From Lachnospiraceae bacterium (lineage in GTDB: Bacteria > Bacillota > Clostridia > Lachnospirales > Lachnospiraceae): a DNA stretch of 64,000 bases. The stretch covers positions 4,253-68,252 of the forward strand of contig JBGVRS010000170.1 of the NCBI GenBank assembly GCA_045128635.1. The letters are read 5' to 3'. The notes beneath the pieces are model-generated. The model did no database searches and was not told where the DNA came from. It was given only the letters and a program-made list of their open reading frames with translations. Below are positions 31,525-44,300 of the stretch, piece by piece; within the stretch, counting starts at the first letter, position 1, and each line of letters begins with the position of its first letter. The translations under genes and the position numbers were made by a program.

Positions 31525-33051
31525 ATGTTTAGCAGTGTTTTGTCTGCAGATGTCAGGGGGATTACGGGAGTGCCTATTTTGGTGGAAACTGATATCTCCG
31601 ATGGACTGCCGGGACTTACCATGGTTGGTTATCTGACATCTGCGGTAAAAGAATCCGCAGACAGAGTGCGTACGGCACTAAAGAACACGGGCATATCCAT
31701 TCCCCCGAAGAAGATTACTATTAACCTGGCGCCTGCAGATACGAAAAAAGAGGGGACAGGCTTTGACCTTGCCATTGCAGTATCCATGATGTGCAGTCTT
31801 GGAATGTTTCCAAAAGAATCCATAGAGGACATCTTATTTTTGGGAGAACTGGGACTTGATGGTACAGTGAAGAAAATCAGAGGAATCTTACCTATGGTAG
31901 AGATGGCAAGGAACAGAGGATGTAAAGTGTGTGTATTGCCGAAAGAAAATGAATCTGAGGGTAATATTATAGAAGGAATTACCTGTGTAGGTGTAAAAAG
32001 CTTAAAAGAAGTACGAAACAGAATCTTTTCCAGAGATTATCTGCCGGAAAAAGCTGAAGCGGCTTCAGAAAGAATTATGAATGATCAGGGGCTGGATTTT
32101 TCACAGATTCGTGGACAGGAAGGTGTAAAGCAGGCAGCAAAGATTGCGGCAGCAGGGATGTTGAATCTTTTGATGATAGGTCCTCCTGGTTCAGGAAAAA
32201 CCATGATTGCAAGACGAATTCCTACGATTTTGCCCCAAATGTCCAGAGAAGAGAGTCTGGAAGTGACAAAAATCTACAGTGTGTGCGGACTTTTGAAAGA
32301 AGGAAGCGGACTTGTACAGGAGAGACCATTTCGATCACCGCATCACACCATATCTGTTTCAGCCATGGTGGGAGGAGGGAGAAATCCGATGCCGGGGGAA
32401 ATTACACTTGGCTGTCATGGATGCTTGTTTATTGATGAAATTTCTGAGCTGCCTAAAAATGTATTAGAAGCTTTAAGACAGCCCCTGGAGGATAAGCTGG
32501 TACATATATCACGGGTTGGAGGAAACGATGTTTTTCCAGCAAAAACAATGTTGATCGCAGCCATGAATCCTTGTAAATGTGGTTACTATCCTGATATGAA
32601 TAAATGCCATTGCAGTACCAGTGACATTTCCCGCTATCTGAAGAAGCTTAGCATGCCATTTATTGACCGTATGGATCTTTGCGTCGAAGCACCAAGAGTT
32701 GCATTTGAGGAACTGACGGGAAATACAGGAGGAGAGACTTCTTTAAAGATTAGAGAAGAGGTTTTATGTGCCCACCAGATTCAGGCAGAGAGGTATCTGG
32801 GGACAAGTTATCGATTCAATGCAGATGTGAAAGGTTCCCATGCAGAAGAATATTTTCGGGTTGGTGGAGCACAGAAGAGGCTGTTAGAGGATGCTTTTGA
32901 ATCTCTGAATCTGACAGCACGTTCATATCATAAGATATTAAAAGTAGCAAGAACAATTGCGGATTTATCAGAGAGTAAAGATATTTTAGAACGTCATATT
33001 TTGCAGGCAATCTGCTATCGAAATATGGATCGGAAATTCTGGGCGGTGTAA
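31525..33051 (+). CDS. YifB/ComM-family Mg-chelatase-like AAA+ ATPase
   Basis: Lon-like N-domain, Walker A GPPGSGKT and typical synteny with dprA. Confidence 0.9.
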   Translation: MFSSVLSADVRGITGVPILVETDISDGLPGLTMVGYLTSAVKESADRVRTALKNTGISIPPKKITINLAPADTKKEGTGFDLAIAVSMMCSLGMFPKESIEDILFLGELGLDGTVKKIRGILPMVEMARNRGCKVCVLPKENESEGNIIEGITCVGVKSLKEVRNRIFSRDYLPEKAEAASERIMNDQGLDFSQIRGQEGVKQAAKIAAAGMLNLLMIGPPGSGKTMIARRIPTILPQMSREESLEVTKIYSVCGLLKEGSGLVQERPFRSPHHTISVSAMVGGGRNPMPGEITLGCHGCLFIDEISELPKNVLEALRQPLEDKLVHISRVGGNDVFPAKTMLIAAMNPCKCGYYPDMNKCHCSTSDISRYLKKLSMPFIDRMDLCVEAPRVAFEELTGNTGGETSLKIREEVLCAHQIQAERYLGTSYRFNADVKGSHAEEYFRVGGAQKRLLEDAFESLNLTARSYHKILKVARTIADLSESKDILERHILQAICYRNMDRKFWAV

Positions 33052-33053
33052 AA

Positions 33054-33950
33054 ATGAAAAATAGTATTAATAAAGAACTGCCTGAGGGCATACGCTATAT
33101 TAGAAAAGAGGACAAAGCATTTCCGGAGAAGCTTCTGGAGCTTCATGACTGCCCGAAAGGCATTTATGTAAGGGGAAATTTGCCAGACCCCTCTAAAAAA
33201 TCAGTGGCAATTGTAGGTGCAAGAATGTGCAGTGCCTATGGCAGAGCCACAGCATCTTATTTTGCAAGAGTACTGGCAGCTCATGATATCCAGATTATCA
33301 GTGGACTGGCTCTTGGTGTTGACGGAGCAGCACACGAAGGAGCGTTAATGGCAAAGGGTAAGACTTTTGCGGTCATGGCCGGAGGATGCGATATTATATA
33401 TCCCAGATCCCACGTTGGGTTATATGAGAACATCAGAACAACAGGGGGAATTATTTCAGAGGAACCCTGTGGTTATCCTCCAATTGCGAAAATGTTTCCC
33501 AAAAGGAATCGAATCATTAGTATTCTGGCAGATATTGTCCTGGTGGTAGAGGCACGGAAAAAAAGTGGGTCTCTCATTACCGCAGACTTTGCAGCAGAAC
33601 AGGGGAGAGACATTTTTGCAGTGCCTGGGAGGCTGGAGGATGAGTTAAGCCGGGGCTGCAATGAACTCATTGAGCAGGGGGCAGGGATTGCAATTTCCCC
33701 TGAAAGAATGTTAGAAATCATGGGTGAAAATCCTAAAAAATCTGACAATTCAAAAATCTTTATGCAAAATGTCCTTGCAAGGGAGGAAAATATAGTGTAT
33801 AGTTGTCTAAGTTTACAACCCCAAAGCCTGGAAAAATTGTGCAGTGACACAAAGCTTCCAATTCAATACGTAACAGAAGCAGTGATGCTGTTACAGTTAA
33901 AAGGGTTGGCAAAAGAAATAGGACGAAACCGCTACGTAAAGGTTACATAG
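33054..33950 (+). CDS. dprA: DNA-processing protein DprA
   Basis: Rossmann-like DprA core (VAIVGAR, ISGLALGVDGAAH, PKRNRIIS). Confidence 0.9.
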   Translation: MKNSINKELPEGIRYIRKEDKAFPEKLLELHDCPKGIYVRGNLPDPSKKSVAIVGARMCSAYGRATASYFARVLAAHDIQIISGLALGVDGAAHEGALMAKGKTFAVMAGGCDIIYPRSHVGLYENIRTTGGIISEEPCGYPPIAKMFPKRNRIISILADIVLVVEARKKSGSLITADFAAEQGRDIFAVPGRLEDELSRGCNELIEQGAGIAISPERMLEIMGENPKKSDNSKIFMQNVLAREENIVYSCLSLQPQSLEKLCSDTKLPIQYVTEAVMLLQLKGLAKEIGRNRYVKVT

Positions 33951-33986
33951 AAGCCGTAGGTAGTTTGTTTCAGAGGTGAAGAATTC

Positions 33987-35978
33987 ATGGCAAAATATTT
34001 AGTGATTGTGGAATCACCGGCGAAAGTAAATACAATAAAGAAGTTTTTAGGATCTAATTATGAGGTTATGGCATCCAATGGTCATGTGCGTGACCTTCCA
34101 AAGAGCCAGATGGGCATTGGTCCGGAAAACGATTTTGAGCCGAAGTACATTACCATTCGAGGAAAAGGGGAAATTCTTGCAAAGCTTCGTAAGGAAGCAA
34201 AGAAAGCAGATAAGATTTATCTTGCAACTGACCCTGACCGTGAAGGAGAAGCGATTTCCTGGCATTTATCTCAGGCACTGAATCAGGATCCGAAGAAAAT
34301 GTATCGAATCACATTTAATGAAATTACAAAGCAGGCGGTAAAAAATTCCATTAAGCAGGCCAGAGAAATTGATATGAATCTGGTAGATGCACAGCAGACA
34401 AGAAGAATCTTAGACCGTATGGTAGGTTATCGAATTAGTCCTGTATTATGGGCGAAGATTAAGAGAGGCTTAAGTGCCGGTCGTGTACAGTCTGCGGCAC
34501 TTCGAATTATTGCAGACAGAGAAGAAGAGATTGCAGCATTCGTACCGGAAGAATATTGGACACTGGATGTTCAGTTAAAGAACGGGGACAGTAAAAAACC
34601 TCTGTTGGCAAAATTCTACGGCAGTGAAAAAGAAAAAATAGAAATTACAAGTGAAGAACAAATTCTGCAGATCCAGAAGGAATTGGAAAATGCAGCGTAT
34701 ACAGTTGCAGATATAAAAAAGGGAGAACGTTCTAAAAAGGCACCTCTTCCATTTACCACCAGTACATTACAGCAGGAAGCTTCCAAGGCATTAAACTTCT
34801 CAACACAGAAGACCATGCGTCTTGCACAGCAGCTTTATGAAGGCGTGGAAGTTAAAGGACAGGGAACAGTGGGTCTTATCACTTATCTGCGTACGGATTC
34901 TACTCGTGTATCAGACGAAGCAGAATTAATGGCAAGAGAGTTTATTGCAGCAAACTATGGCGAAGAATACCTTGCAGATGAAAATACTGTAAAAAAGGAT
35001 AAGAAAAAGATTCAGGATGCCCACGAAGCAATCCGTCCAACAGATTTGAAACGTATGCCGGCTGTCGTAAAAGAATCTTTAAGCAGAGATCAGTTCCGTT
35101 TATACCAATTAATATGGAAGAGATTCGCTGCAAGCCGTATGAGTGCAGCAAAATATGAGACAACATCTGTAAAGATTCTGGCCAATGGTTATCGTTTCCA
35201 GGTGGCAGATTCCAAGCTGACATTTGATGGTTTCCTGTCAGTTTATACAGAAGCAGACGGTGAAGAAATCGAAAAGGCAAACGTAAAGGCACTGGAAAAG
35301 GGCAGTGAATTAGAATTCCTTGCTTTTGATGGAAAGCAGCATTTTACTCAGCCACCGGCACATTTTACAGAAGCAGCACTGGTTAAAACATTGGAAGAAC
35401 TGGGGATTGGACGACCAAGTACTTATGCGCCGACAATTACAACCATCATCGCGAGACGCTATGTGGCAAAAGAAGGAAAAAATCTTTATATCACAGAACT
35501 TGGTGAAATTGTAAATGATATGATGATCCGAGCATTCCCAAGTATTGTAAATACAGAATTTACTGCCAATGTCGAAGGTCTTTTAGATTATATTGCAGAT
35601 GGAACCATGAAGTGGAAGACGGTAGTTCGAAACTTCTATCCAGATTTGGAAGAAGCAGTAAATAATGCAGAAAAAGAACTGGAGAATGTAAAGATTGCAG
35701 ACGAAGTGACTGATATTCTCTGCGAAGAATGTGGACGCAATATGGTGATCAAATATGGTCCTCATGGAAAATTCCTTGCATGCCCTGGATTCCCTGACTG
35801 CAGAAACACAAAAGCATATTTGGAAAAAATCGGCGTAGCCTGCCCACAGTGTGGAAAAGACATTGTTATCCGTAAATCAAAGAAGGGCAGAAAATACTAC
35901 GGCTGTGAAAATAATCCGGAATGTGATTACATGACATGGCAAATGCCAAAAGCTGCAGAGGCAGCGGGAGATAAATAA
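33987..35978 (+). CDS. topA: DNA topoisomerase I
   Basis: TOPRIM (LVIVESPAK, ATDPDREGEAI), active-site region GLITYLRTDS and C-terminal Cys4 zinc ribbons. Confidence 0.95.
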   Translation: MAKYLVIVESPAKVNTIKKFLGSNYEVMASNGHVRDLPKSQMGIGPENDFEPKYITIRGKGEILAKLRKEAKKADKIYLATDPDREGEAISWHLSQALNQDPKKMYRITFNEITKQAVKNSIKQAREIDMNLVDAQQTRRILDRMVGYRISPVLWAKIKRGLSAGRVQSAALRIIADREEEIAAFVPEEYWTLDVQLKNGDSKKPLLAKFYGSEKEKIEITSEEQILQIQKELENAAYTVADIKKGERSKKAPLPFTTSTLQQEASKALNFSTQKTMRLAQQLYEGVEVKGQGTVGLITYLRTDSTRVSDEAELMAREFIAANYGEEYLADENTVKKDKKKIQDAHEAIRPTDLKRMPAVVKESLSRDQFRLYQLIWKRFAASRMSAAKYETTSVKILANGYRFQVADSKLTFDGFLSVYTEADGEEIEKANVKALEKGSELEFLAFDGKQHFTQPPAHFTEAALVKTLEELGIGRPSTYAPTITTIIARRYVAKEGKNLYITELGEIVNDMMIRAFPSIVNTEFTANVEGLLDYIADGTMKWKTVVRNFYPDLEEAVNNAEKELENVKIADEVTDILCEECGRNMVIKYGPHGKFLACPGFPDCRNTKAYLEKIGVACPQCGKDIVIRKSKKGRKYYGCENNPECDYMTWQMPKAAEAAGDK

Positions 35979-35980
35979 AA

Positions 35981-36742
35981 ATGAGTATTCAGCTGTTAGA
36001 TAAAACGAGAAAACTGAACAGACTTTTAAAGAATGCAGAAAGTTCTGAAATCAGTTTCAGTGAAATCAGTAAAGTATTAAAAGAAATGCTTCGTTCCAAT
36101 GTACTGGTGCTTAGCAAAAAAGGAAAGATTTTAGGCATCAGCCACGAAAAATCTTTAAATAGAATTGAAGAACTATTGGGAGAATGCAGAGGAGAACGTA
36201 TCGATGCAAGCTTAAATGAACGTCTTCTGGCAGTTCTTTCTACAAGAGAAAATGTATACTTACAGACTCTTGGATTTTCCAATGATACAAAAGATTATCA
36301 TGGAATGATTGTACCGATTGACATTGCGGGAGAGCGTTTGGGAACACTCTTTATGTACCGTGCAGATGGTATCTATGATATCGAAGATATTATTCTGTGT
36401 GAATATGGTGCAACAGTGATCGGTATGGAAATGATGCGTGCGGAAAATGATGAGTCAGCAGAAGAAAGCCGCAAACAGCATGTGGTGCATTCTGCCCTCA
36501 GCACATTGTCTGGCTCAGAATTAAAGGCAATGCGTCAGGTATTCAAAGAATTACAGGGAAATGATGGAATACTTGTAGCAAGTAAGATTGCAGAACAGGC
36601 TGGTATTACCCGTTCCATAATTGTAACGGGGTTGAAAAAACTGGAAAGTGCCGGAGTTATCGAATCTAAGAGTGCCGGTATGAAAGGAACCAAGGTTCGT
36701 ATTTGTAACGAGATGTTAATTGAAGAACTGGAAAATATGTAA
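35981..36742 (+). CDS. codY: GTP-sensing pleiotropic repressor CodY
   Basis: N-terminal LLDKTRKLNRLL, a GAF-like domain and the C-terminal HTH ASKIAEQAGITRSIIV. Confidence 0.9.
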   Translation: MSIQLLDKTRKLNRLLKNAESSEISFSEISKVLKEMLRSNVLVLSKKGKILGISHEKSLNRIEELLGECRGERIDASLNERLLAVLSTRENVYLQTLGFSNDTKDYHGMIVPIDIAGERLGTLFMYRADGIYDIEDIILCEYGATVIGMEMMRAENDESAEESRKQHVVHSALSTLSGSELKAMRQVFKELQGNDGILVASKIAEQAGITRSIIVTGLKKLESAGVIESKSAGMKGTKVRICNEMLIEELENM

Positions 36743-36775
36743 ATCTTAAAAAAATGTAAAAACATTTTTCAGGCA

Positions 36776-36804
36776 TTGACATTCTATTGCAAAAAGATTA
36801 ATAT
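36776..36804 (+). promoter_or_regulatory. sigma-A promoter of groESL (TTGACA-17 nt-TAATAT)
   Basis: Perfect -35 at 36776-36781 and -10 TAATAT at 36799-36804, immediately upstream of CIRCE. Confidence 0.7.
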
Positions 36805-36815
36805 AGGTTTAGTGT

Positions 36816-36842
36816 TTAGCACTCGAAAAGATTGAGTGCTAA
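36816..36842 (+). promoter_or_regulatory. CIRCE operator (HrcA binding site)
   Basis: TTAGCACTC-N9-GAGTGCTAA is an exact match to the CIRCE consensus. Confidence 0.95.
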
Positions 36843-36888
36843 CAAGACGAGGGAAAAACTTAGAATTTTAGATTAAGGAGGCATCATC

Positions 36889-38834
<1,946 letters not shown>

Positions 38835-38858
38835 TTCATTCAAAACTAATAAAACTTA

Positions 38859-38886
38859 CGGGGAAGGAAGTTCTCATCCTTCCCCG
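38859..38886 (+). terminator. Hairpin after groEL (weak U-tract)
   Basis: CGGGGAAGGA-8 nt-TCCTTCCCCG. The downstream sequence is only moderately T-rich. Confidence 0.5.
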
Positions 38887-38939
38887 ATTAATTCAAAAAT
38901 TCAAACTAAAATCCCAAAAAGAAAACAGGAAAATAAAAT

Positions 38940-39374
38940 ATGGAATATCAGATATTTATAGTGGGGCTTTGTGTCATTGCGTGGAAAGATATCATGCAAA
39001 ATAAAGTGCCTAATTCGATACTGCTGATATTATTGTTGTTAAAAATCGTTTTTTTCACAAGTGACAGAACAAGGACAATGCTCTCTTTAGAAGGTTTTTT
39101 ACTTGGAGGCGGATTTATGCTTGCGGGTTATCTGCTATCGAAAGGAACCATGGGGGCAGGAGATGTGAAACTGCTGGCTGTGGTGGGCAGTTATGTTGGA
39201 GGTGATAGGATTCTCTACGTAATTTTATGGAGTTTACTGGCTGCGGCAGGCTATAGCCTTAGTTTGTGGTTAAAAAATAAGACGGAAATTCGTAATGAGC
39301 TTCCCTTGGCGCCATTTGTGTTAATTGGAACGATTCTTAACTTTCTATTAGAAAACAGAGGTGTTTTATGTTAG
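38940..39374 (+). CDS. A24-family prepilin-type aspartic peptidase (minimal CpaA/TadV-like, 144 aa)
   Basis: Polytopic membrane protein with both catalytic Asp motifs: AWKDIMQNKVPN and GAGDVKLLAVVG. Confidence 0.75.
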   Translation: MEYQIFIVGLCVIAWKDIMQNKVPNSILLILLLLKIVFFTSDRTRTMLSLEGFLLGGGFMLAGYLLSKGTMGAGDVKLLAVVGSYVGGDRILYVILWSLLAAAGYSLSLWLKNKTEIRNELPLAPFVLIGTILNFLLENRGVLC

Positions 39375-41047
39375 AAAATGGAACAATTTTAGACGGGAAA
39401 TATGAAATATTAAAATTAATTGATAGGGGTGGAACCTCGTCGGTTTATTTGGCGATGAACCCAAAACTGAATCAGCAGTGGGTCATCAAGGAAATCGATA
39501 ACCGGTTTGATACAGAAAGGGTCTTAAAAGAAGCCCGAATGATGATGAAGTTTGATCATCCGGCAATCCCCCGTATTGTTGATATTATGGAAAAACCGGA
39601 ATTTACCTATATTATCATGGATTATGTTTCCGGACAGTCATTGGCTTATGAGCTAAAAGAAAAGGGTCCCCAGCCACAGGAAGTGGTCATTGGCTGGGCA
39701 AAACAGATTTGTGATGTGCTGGTGTATTTGCATTCCTTAAACCCGCCAATTATTTATCATGATTTAAAGCCGGGAAACATTGTTTTAAAAGAGCCGGAAA
39801 AGAACCTGAAATTAATAGATTTCGGAGAGGCACGAGCCTGTATCAATGGAAATGCTCCGGGAGGTGGAAAAACAAAAGAATATGCAGCGCCGGAGCAGCA
39901 GGAAGGAACGCGAGGAAAGACGGATGAACGAACAGATATTTATTGTTTTGGCACAACACTGTATCGACTCTTAACAGGAAAGTTTGCTCCGATTTCGCCG
40001 GAACCGGTAGGTTCTCTTAGGGAAGCCTATCCGGAATTCAATATTTCTAAAGGAATGGACAATATTATCAGAAAATGTACGCAGATTGATCCGGATAAAA
40101 GATTTCAGAGTGCTGCGGAACTAAGGAACGCATTGGATAACATCCGATTATGGGATGAGGATTACTTAAAACAATTAAAAAGACGGGTTTACAGTGTAAC
40201 AGTAGCGGCAGGAATCGGAATTGGATTATTCATGACCGGATTCGGCTTTCACAGGGCGGTAGCCTTTGTGAATACAAAAGATTATAATCATCTGGTAGCG
40301 ACTGCCCAGTCCGTAGAGCATGAAACAAGGACTGCAAATTATGAAGAAGCAATTCATATCGATGGTGAAAACCCGGAAGCATATATCAAATTGCTGGAAG
40401 CGTATGAAAATAACGGTTTTTTTGGAACGCAGGAAAGTCAGAGATTCAGTACCTTGTACAACCGAAACAAGAGTGCGTTTGATGCAGAGAAAGATGACGT
40501 TATAGAAATGCATTATCGGATAGGAAGAATTTATTTCAATTTGTATTCAGATGACAGTACAACAGTCCGTTCCCGCATACAAAAAGCTCATGAATATTTT
40601 CAGTTTGTCAAAGTCCACAGTTCACCTGACTATGCAAATTATCACATAGCATCCGGTTATGAAACATTATGCGATTTTTTTAAAACATATGTGTTAAATG
40701 ACAGCAGTATTCAGGAACCAACAGCAGAAGATTATCTTGCAATGCTGGATGCCTTAAAAGAATGTCTGACAGACATGCAAAACTACACTGCCGGGGATGC
40801 GGCTTATACAAGGCTGACACTTTATGGATACATTGTGGATATGTTAAATGTAAATATCAGAGGTTTGGCTGTCACAGGAATTGAAAAGGAGAAAATTCAA
40901 GAGATTCTGACGCAGATTTCCGTATCAACAAAAAACGAGAGTATTACACAGCAGATGTCAATCAAAAAACAGGAGGAAATTTTGCTGTCAGTAAAAAATG
41001 TTTTAGATAACATCAGACGAGAGTATGGAAGTTTAGAAAGAGGGTAA
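39368..41047 (+). CDS. Membrane Ser/Thr protein kinase (Hanks type) with extracytoplasmic helical-repeat domain
   Basis: G-loop GRGGTSSVY, Lys in WVIKEI, and the YHDLKPGN, DFG and APE motifs. One TM at aa 274-294, a C-terminal ~265 aa TPR-like region and no PASTA domain. The start overlaps the peptidase stop by 7 nt. Confidence 0.85.
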   Translation: MLENGTILDGKYEILKLIDRGGTSSVYLAMNPKLNQQWVIKEIDNRFDTERVLKEARMMMKFDHPAIPRIVDIMEKPEFTYIIMDYVSGQSLAYELKEKGPQPQEVVIGWAKQICDVLVYLHSLNPPIIYHDLKPGNIVLKEPEKNLKLIDFGEARACINGNAPGGGKTKEYAAPEQQEGTRGKTDERTDIYCFGTTLYRLLTGKFAPISPEPVGSLREAYPEFNISKGMDNIIRKCTQIDPDKRFQSAAELRNALDNIRLWDEDYLKQLKRRVYSVTVAAGIGIGLFMTGFGFHRAVAFVNTKDYNHLVATAQSVEHETRTANYEEAIHIDGENPEAYIKLLEAYENNGFFGTQESQRFSTLYNRNKSAFDAEKDDVIEMHYRIGRIYFNLYSDDSTTVRSRIQKAHEYFQFVKVHSSPDYANYHIASGYETLCDFFKTYVLNDSSIQEPTAEDYLAMLDALKECLTDMQNYTAGDAAYTRLTLYGYIVDMLNVNIRGLAVTGIEKEKIQEILTQISVSTKNESITQQMSIKKQEEILLSVKNVLDNIRREYGSLERG

Positions 41048-41052
41048 AGCGT

Positions 41053-41313
41053 ATGGCAAATATATTTTCAACGATTTCAATGGTATGTTTCGTACTTTCC
41101 GGTATGAGTTTTGTGGGCGCAATCATTTTATTTTATGTAATGAATACAAAAGCAGCATATCTGGAATTAAAAGGAAAGCCGCAGAGTTATGTGGTTGTCC
41201 AAAGCAGAGGCGAGGCAGCTGCGGAGACACCGACCCGTAAAATAAATGTGGAGGATGATGCAGTAACGACGATTTTGCATCCAAAGCTTGAAAGGAGCAA
41301 AAGAAATGTATAA
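41053..41313 (+). CDS. Small single-TM protein, unknown function
   Basis: 86 aa with an N-terminal TM helix (FSTISMVCFVLSGMSFVGAIILFYV) and a charged, Thr-containing tail. It is tightly packed between the kinase and the giant gene. Confidence 0.5.
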   Translation: MANIFSTISMVCFVLSGMSFVGAIILFYVMNTKAAYLELKGKPQSYVVVQSRGEAAAETPTRKINVEDDAVTTILHPKLERSKRNV

Positions 41314-44300
41314 GAAAGTTCTGGTGATACTGGTAATTGTACTGACAATGGGAATCTTTTGTGGAACAAATGTACAAGCGACAACAGCTGAGATTACTTT
41401 AGAAACAGAAGATAATCAGAAAGTGTATGATGGGAGAGCCGTGTTCAATGACAAAGTAAGATTCCAGGTTGCATTAAAAGAAACTGAAACGCTCCTTTCT
41501 GATGTAGAACTGGAAGTGATTTTAAAGAATCATCAGGGAACGATTGAAAATACCTATACAGCGGACTCTGATATCTGGATTTCTAAAGAAGAGAATAGCA
41601 TGATTGGAGAATTAAAAGAACTTGAGGATGGTTATTACACATTAGAGGTAAATATCACAGATGAAGAGGGAAAGTCCGCAACACAATCCACGGTCAGCTT
41701 TATCAAAGACAGTACAAAACCAAAGGTGAGCGTCAAAAATAATCTGACATATCACGAAGAACGCATGGAAGAAAATTGCTATACGGGCGGTTTCCTGACC
41801 GTTACTATTGAGGAAATGACTTTCACAACTGAAGAAGAGGCAATCATTAAAGGAATTGAAACAAAGGCAGAAGACTGGAACACTATAATAGATGAAGAAA
41901 CAGGCCAGGCTACAAAGACCATCACATTAAGGTTTGGGGACGAAGAAAATTATCAAGAAGGAGATTATAAATTCAATGTAACAGTAAAGGATGTGTTTGA
42001 GAGAGAAAGCACCTATATAATAGAAGATTTTGTTATTGACTACACATCTCCGGTACTGCAGAGCATTTCCTATGATACGGAATCTGCATTTCATACAGTA
42101 GGTACAAAAGACTATGTCAATGCCCCCACCAAAATAACATTTACCATCAAAGAGCGTAATCCGGCAGCAAATCATTCTTTTATCGCCAATGATAAGGAGA
42201 AACGAGAACATAAGTGGACTGAAATTGCAGAGGATTTATATACCACAGAAGTGAATGTTCCTATGTTTGGCGAAAAAGGCGATGAACAGACGATTATGAT
42301 GAAAATCGTAGATAAGTCCGGGAATAAGGCTGTCCTTGGAAAAGAAACGATACTTCGAAGTGCAAATAATACGACATTTGAAGCGGGAGTATTTACGGAT
42401 AAGTTTACCGTGGATACCGTGGCGCCGGTAATCAGACTGGAATATGAAAAGCTTGAGCCAAATCGTTTTAATATAGAAGGAATTGATTATTTCAATCAGC
42501 CGGTGACTGTCAAGGTGACGATTGATGAGCATAATGTAGAGGAAAGCTTTTTTGAATTATCCATAAAAACAACAGATGAAGATATAATTTATGAGGAATC
42601 AGAGTGGACAGGAACCGGTGATATCTATGTAAAAACATTTACATTTCGTAAAGATAATCGGTATGATTTATCTGTTTGCGGTACAGATATTGCGAAAAAC
42701 CCGCTGAAAATACAGACAGTAGATAAGGTGACCGCTATCAATGAAGAGGATGGCACGGTGATATTAAAAACGGCTGTGGATCAGACTCTTCCATGGATAG
42801 AACTTGCTGCAAAAACTACAGCAGTGAATACGACAATTGATGGACAGCCTTTGTACAACAAAGATGTAATTTATGAAGCAACGGTCGGTGATCCACTGTT
42901 AAATAATTACGCATCAGGCATTCATAATATCCGATTCGCTCTAAAAGGTGAGGATGGGACATCCCTTGAATATGACGCAGGCAGTCAGTTGATATCAGAT
43001 GTAAAAATTGCGAGTGAATCATTCAATACAAACGGAATCATTCTTTCTGTGAATGCAGAAGATGTTTCTACAAATAAGAAAGCGATATCCACAAAAGCAA
43101 TTGCCATTGATACAACTGCGCCTATGGCAGAAGTTTCTTATGATAATAATGAGGTAAGTAATGAAAAGTATTTCCACGCGGAACGGACTGCGACAATTAC
43201 AGTGACAGAACGTAACTTTAGTGATGACTGCTTTCAGTTCCTGGTAAATGGTGAGGATCAAAAGCTTGAATTTAAGCTTGCAAACACCGGAAGTGGAAAT
43301 AGAGATGATGCAGTATGGACAGCTTCGTATACATTTGCCTCAGATGGAGATTATCAGGTGGATTGCATTTTGAAGGATCGAGCCGAGAATCCGGGTACGG
43401 TATCCTATCGTGGTATGGCGGCACAGGATTTTACAGTTGATAGGACTAGTCCGGTTGTTAAGATTGAATTTGATAATCATAATGTATTTCATGAAAACTA
43501 CTATAATGCACAGCGCATTGCAACAATTATTGTTACAGAGCATAATTTTGATAGCGGTGATGTGGTAATTGTGGGAACATCAACAGATGCAGGTGTAGAA
43601 ATTACATACCCTGTCTTAAGTGACTGGTCATCTAATGGAGATGAGCATCGTGCAACGCTAACATTTGCGAAAGATGCGCTCTATACATTGGATGTGGAAT
43701 ATAAAGACCTTGCAGAAAATGCAGCAAATGATGTTCTGGAAGAGCGATTTGCTGTGGATACTACAGATCCGGAGTTGACAATTACAGGTGTTGAAAACGA
43801 AACACCTTATCCGGATGAGGTCCGCCCGAAAATTCATTTCTCAGATAATAATTATGACAGATATGAAGCAAAGCTGATACGCGTTGAGCGTGAAAAAAGT
43901 GATGTCAATGTAACAGAGGACATGATTGGCAGAATCGGTGTTGCGATTGATGCGACAGGGAGAGGAATGGGTGGAAAAATTATTGAAAATGTGCCACACC
44001 TGAAAGAAAATGATGGTATTTATACATTATCGGTGACGGTATATGACAAAGCCGGGCGCCAAACAGAAAAGTCAGTGACTTATTCTGTAAATCGTTTTGG
44101 TTCTGTTTATGTATATAGTGATGATCTGACAGCGTTATTAAAAGGATATCATAGAGCAGCGACCGGCGACCTTTTTATCGAGGTCTATAATGCAGACCGG
44201 TTATTGGAAGCATCGACAAAGCTTGAAATTACCTGTGATGGAGCAAAACTCGCAAATCAGAAGAGTCAGGCGGATGTAAAAGAAGCACTTCGGCAAAATA

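Noticed and set aside
31415-31636. 73-aa ORF bridging sigK and the comM-like gene
   Set aside because: It overlaps both well-supported CDSs out of frame and has no RBS or motif.
41053-41313. Small TM protein as a pilin or Flp substrate of the adjacent A24 peptidase
   Set aside because: The only Gly-hydrophobic junction (LSG|MSFVG) lacks Glu at +5 and lacks the Flp G|xxxxEY motif. Classical prepilin status is therefore not supported, although a non-canonical substrate cannot be excluded.
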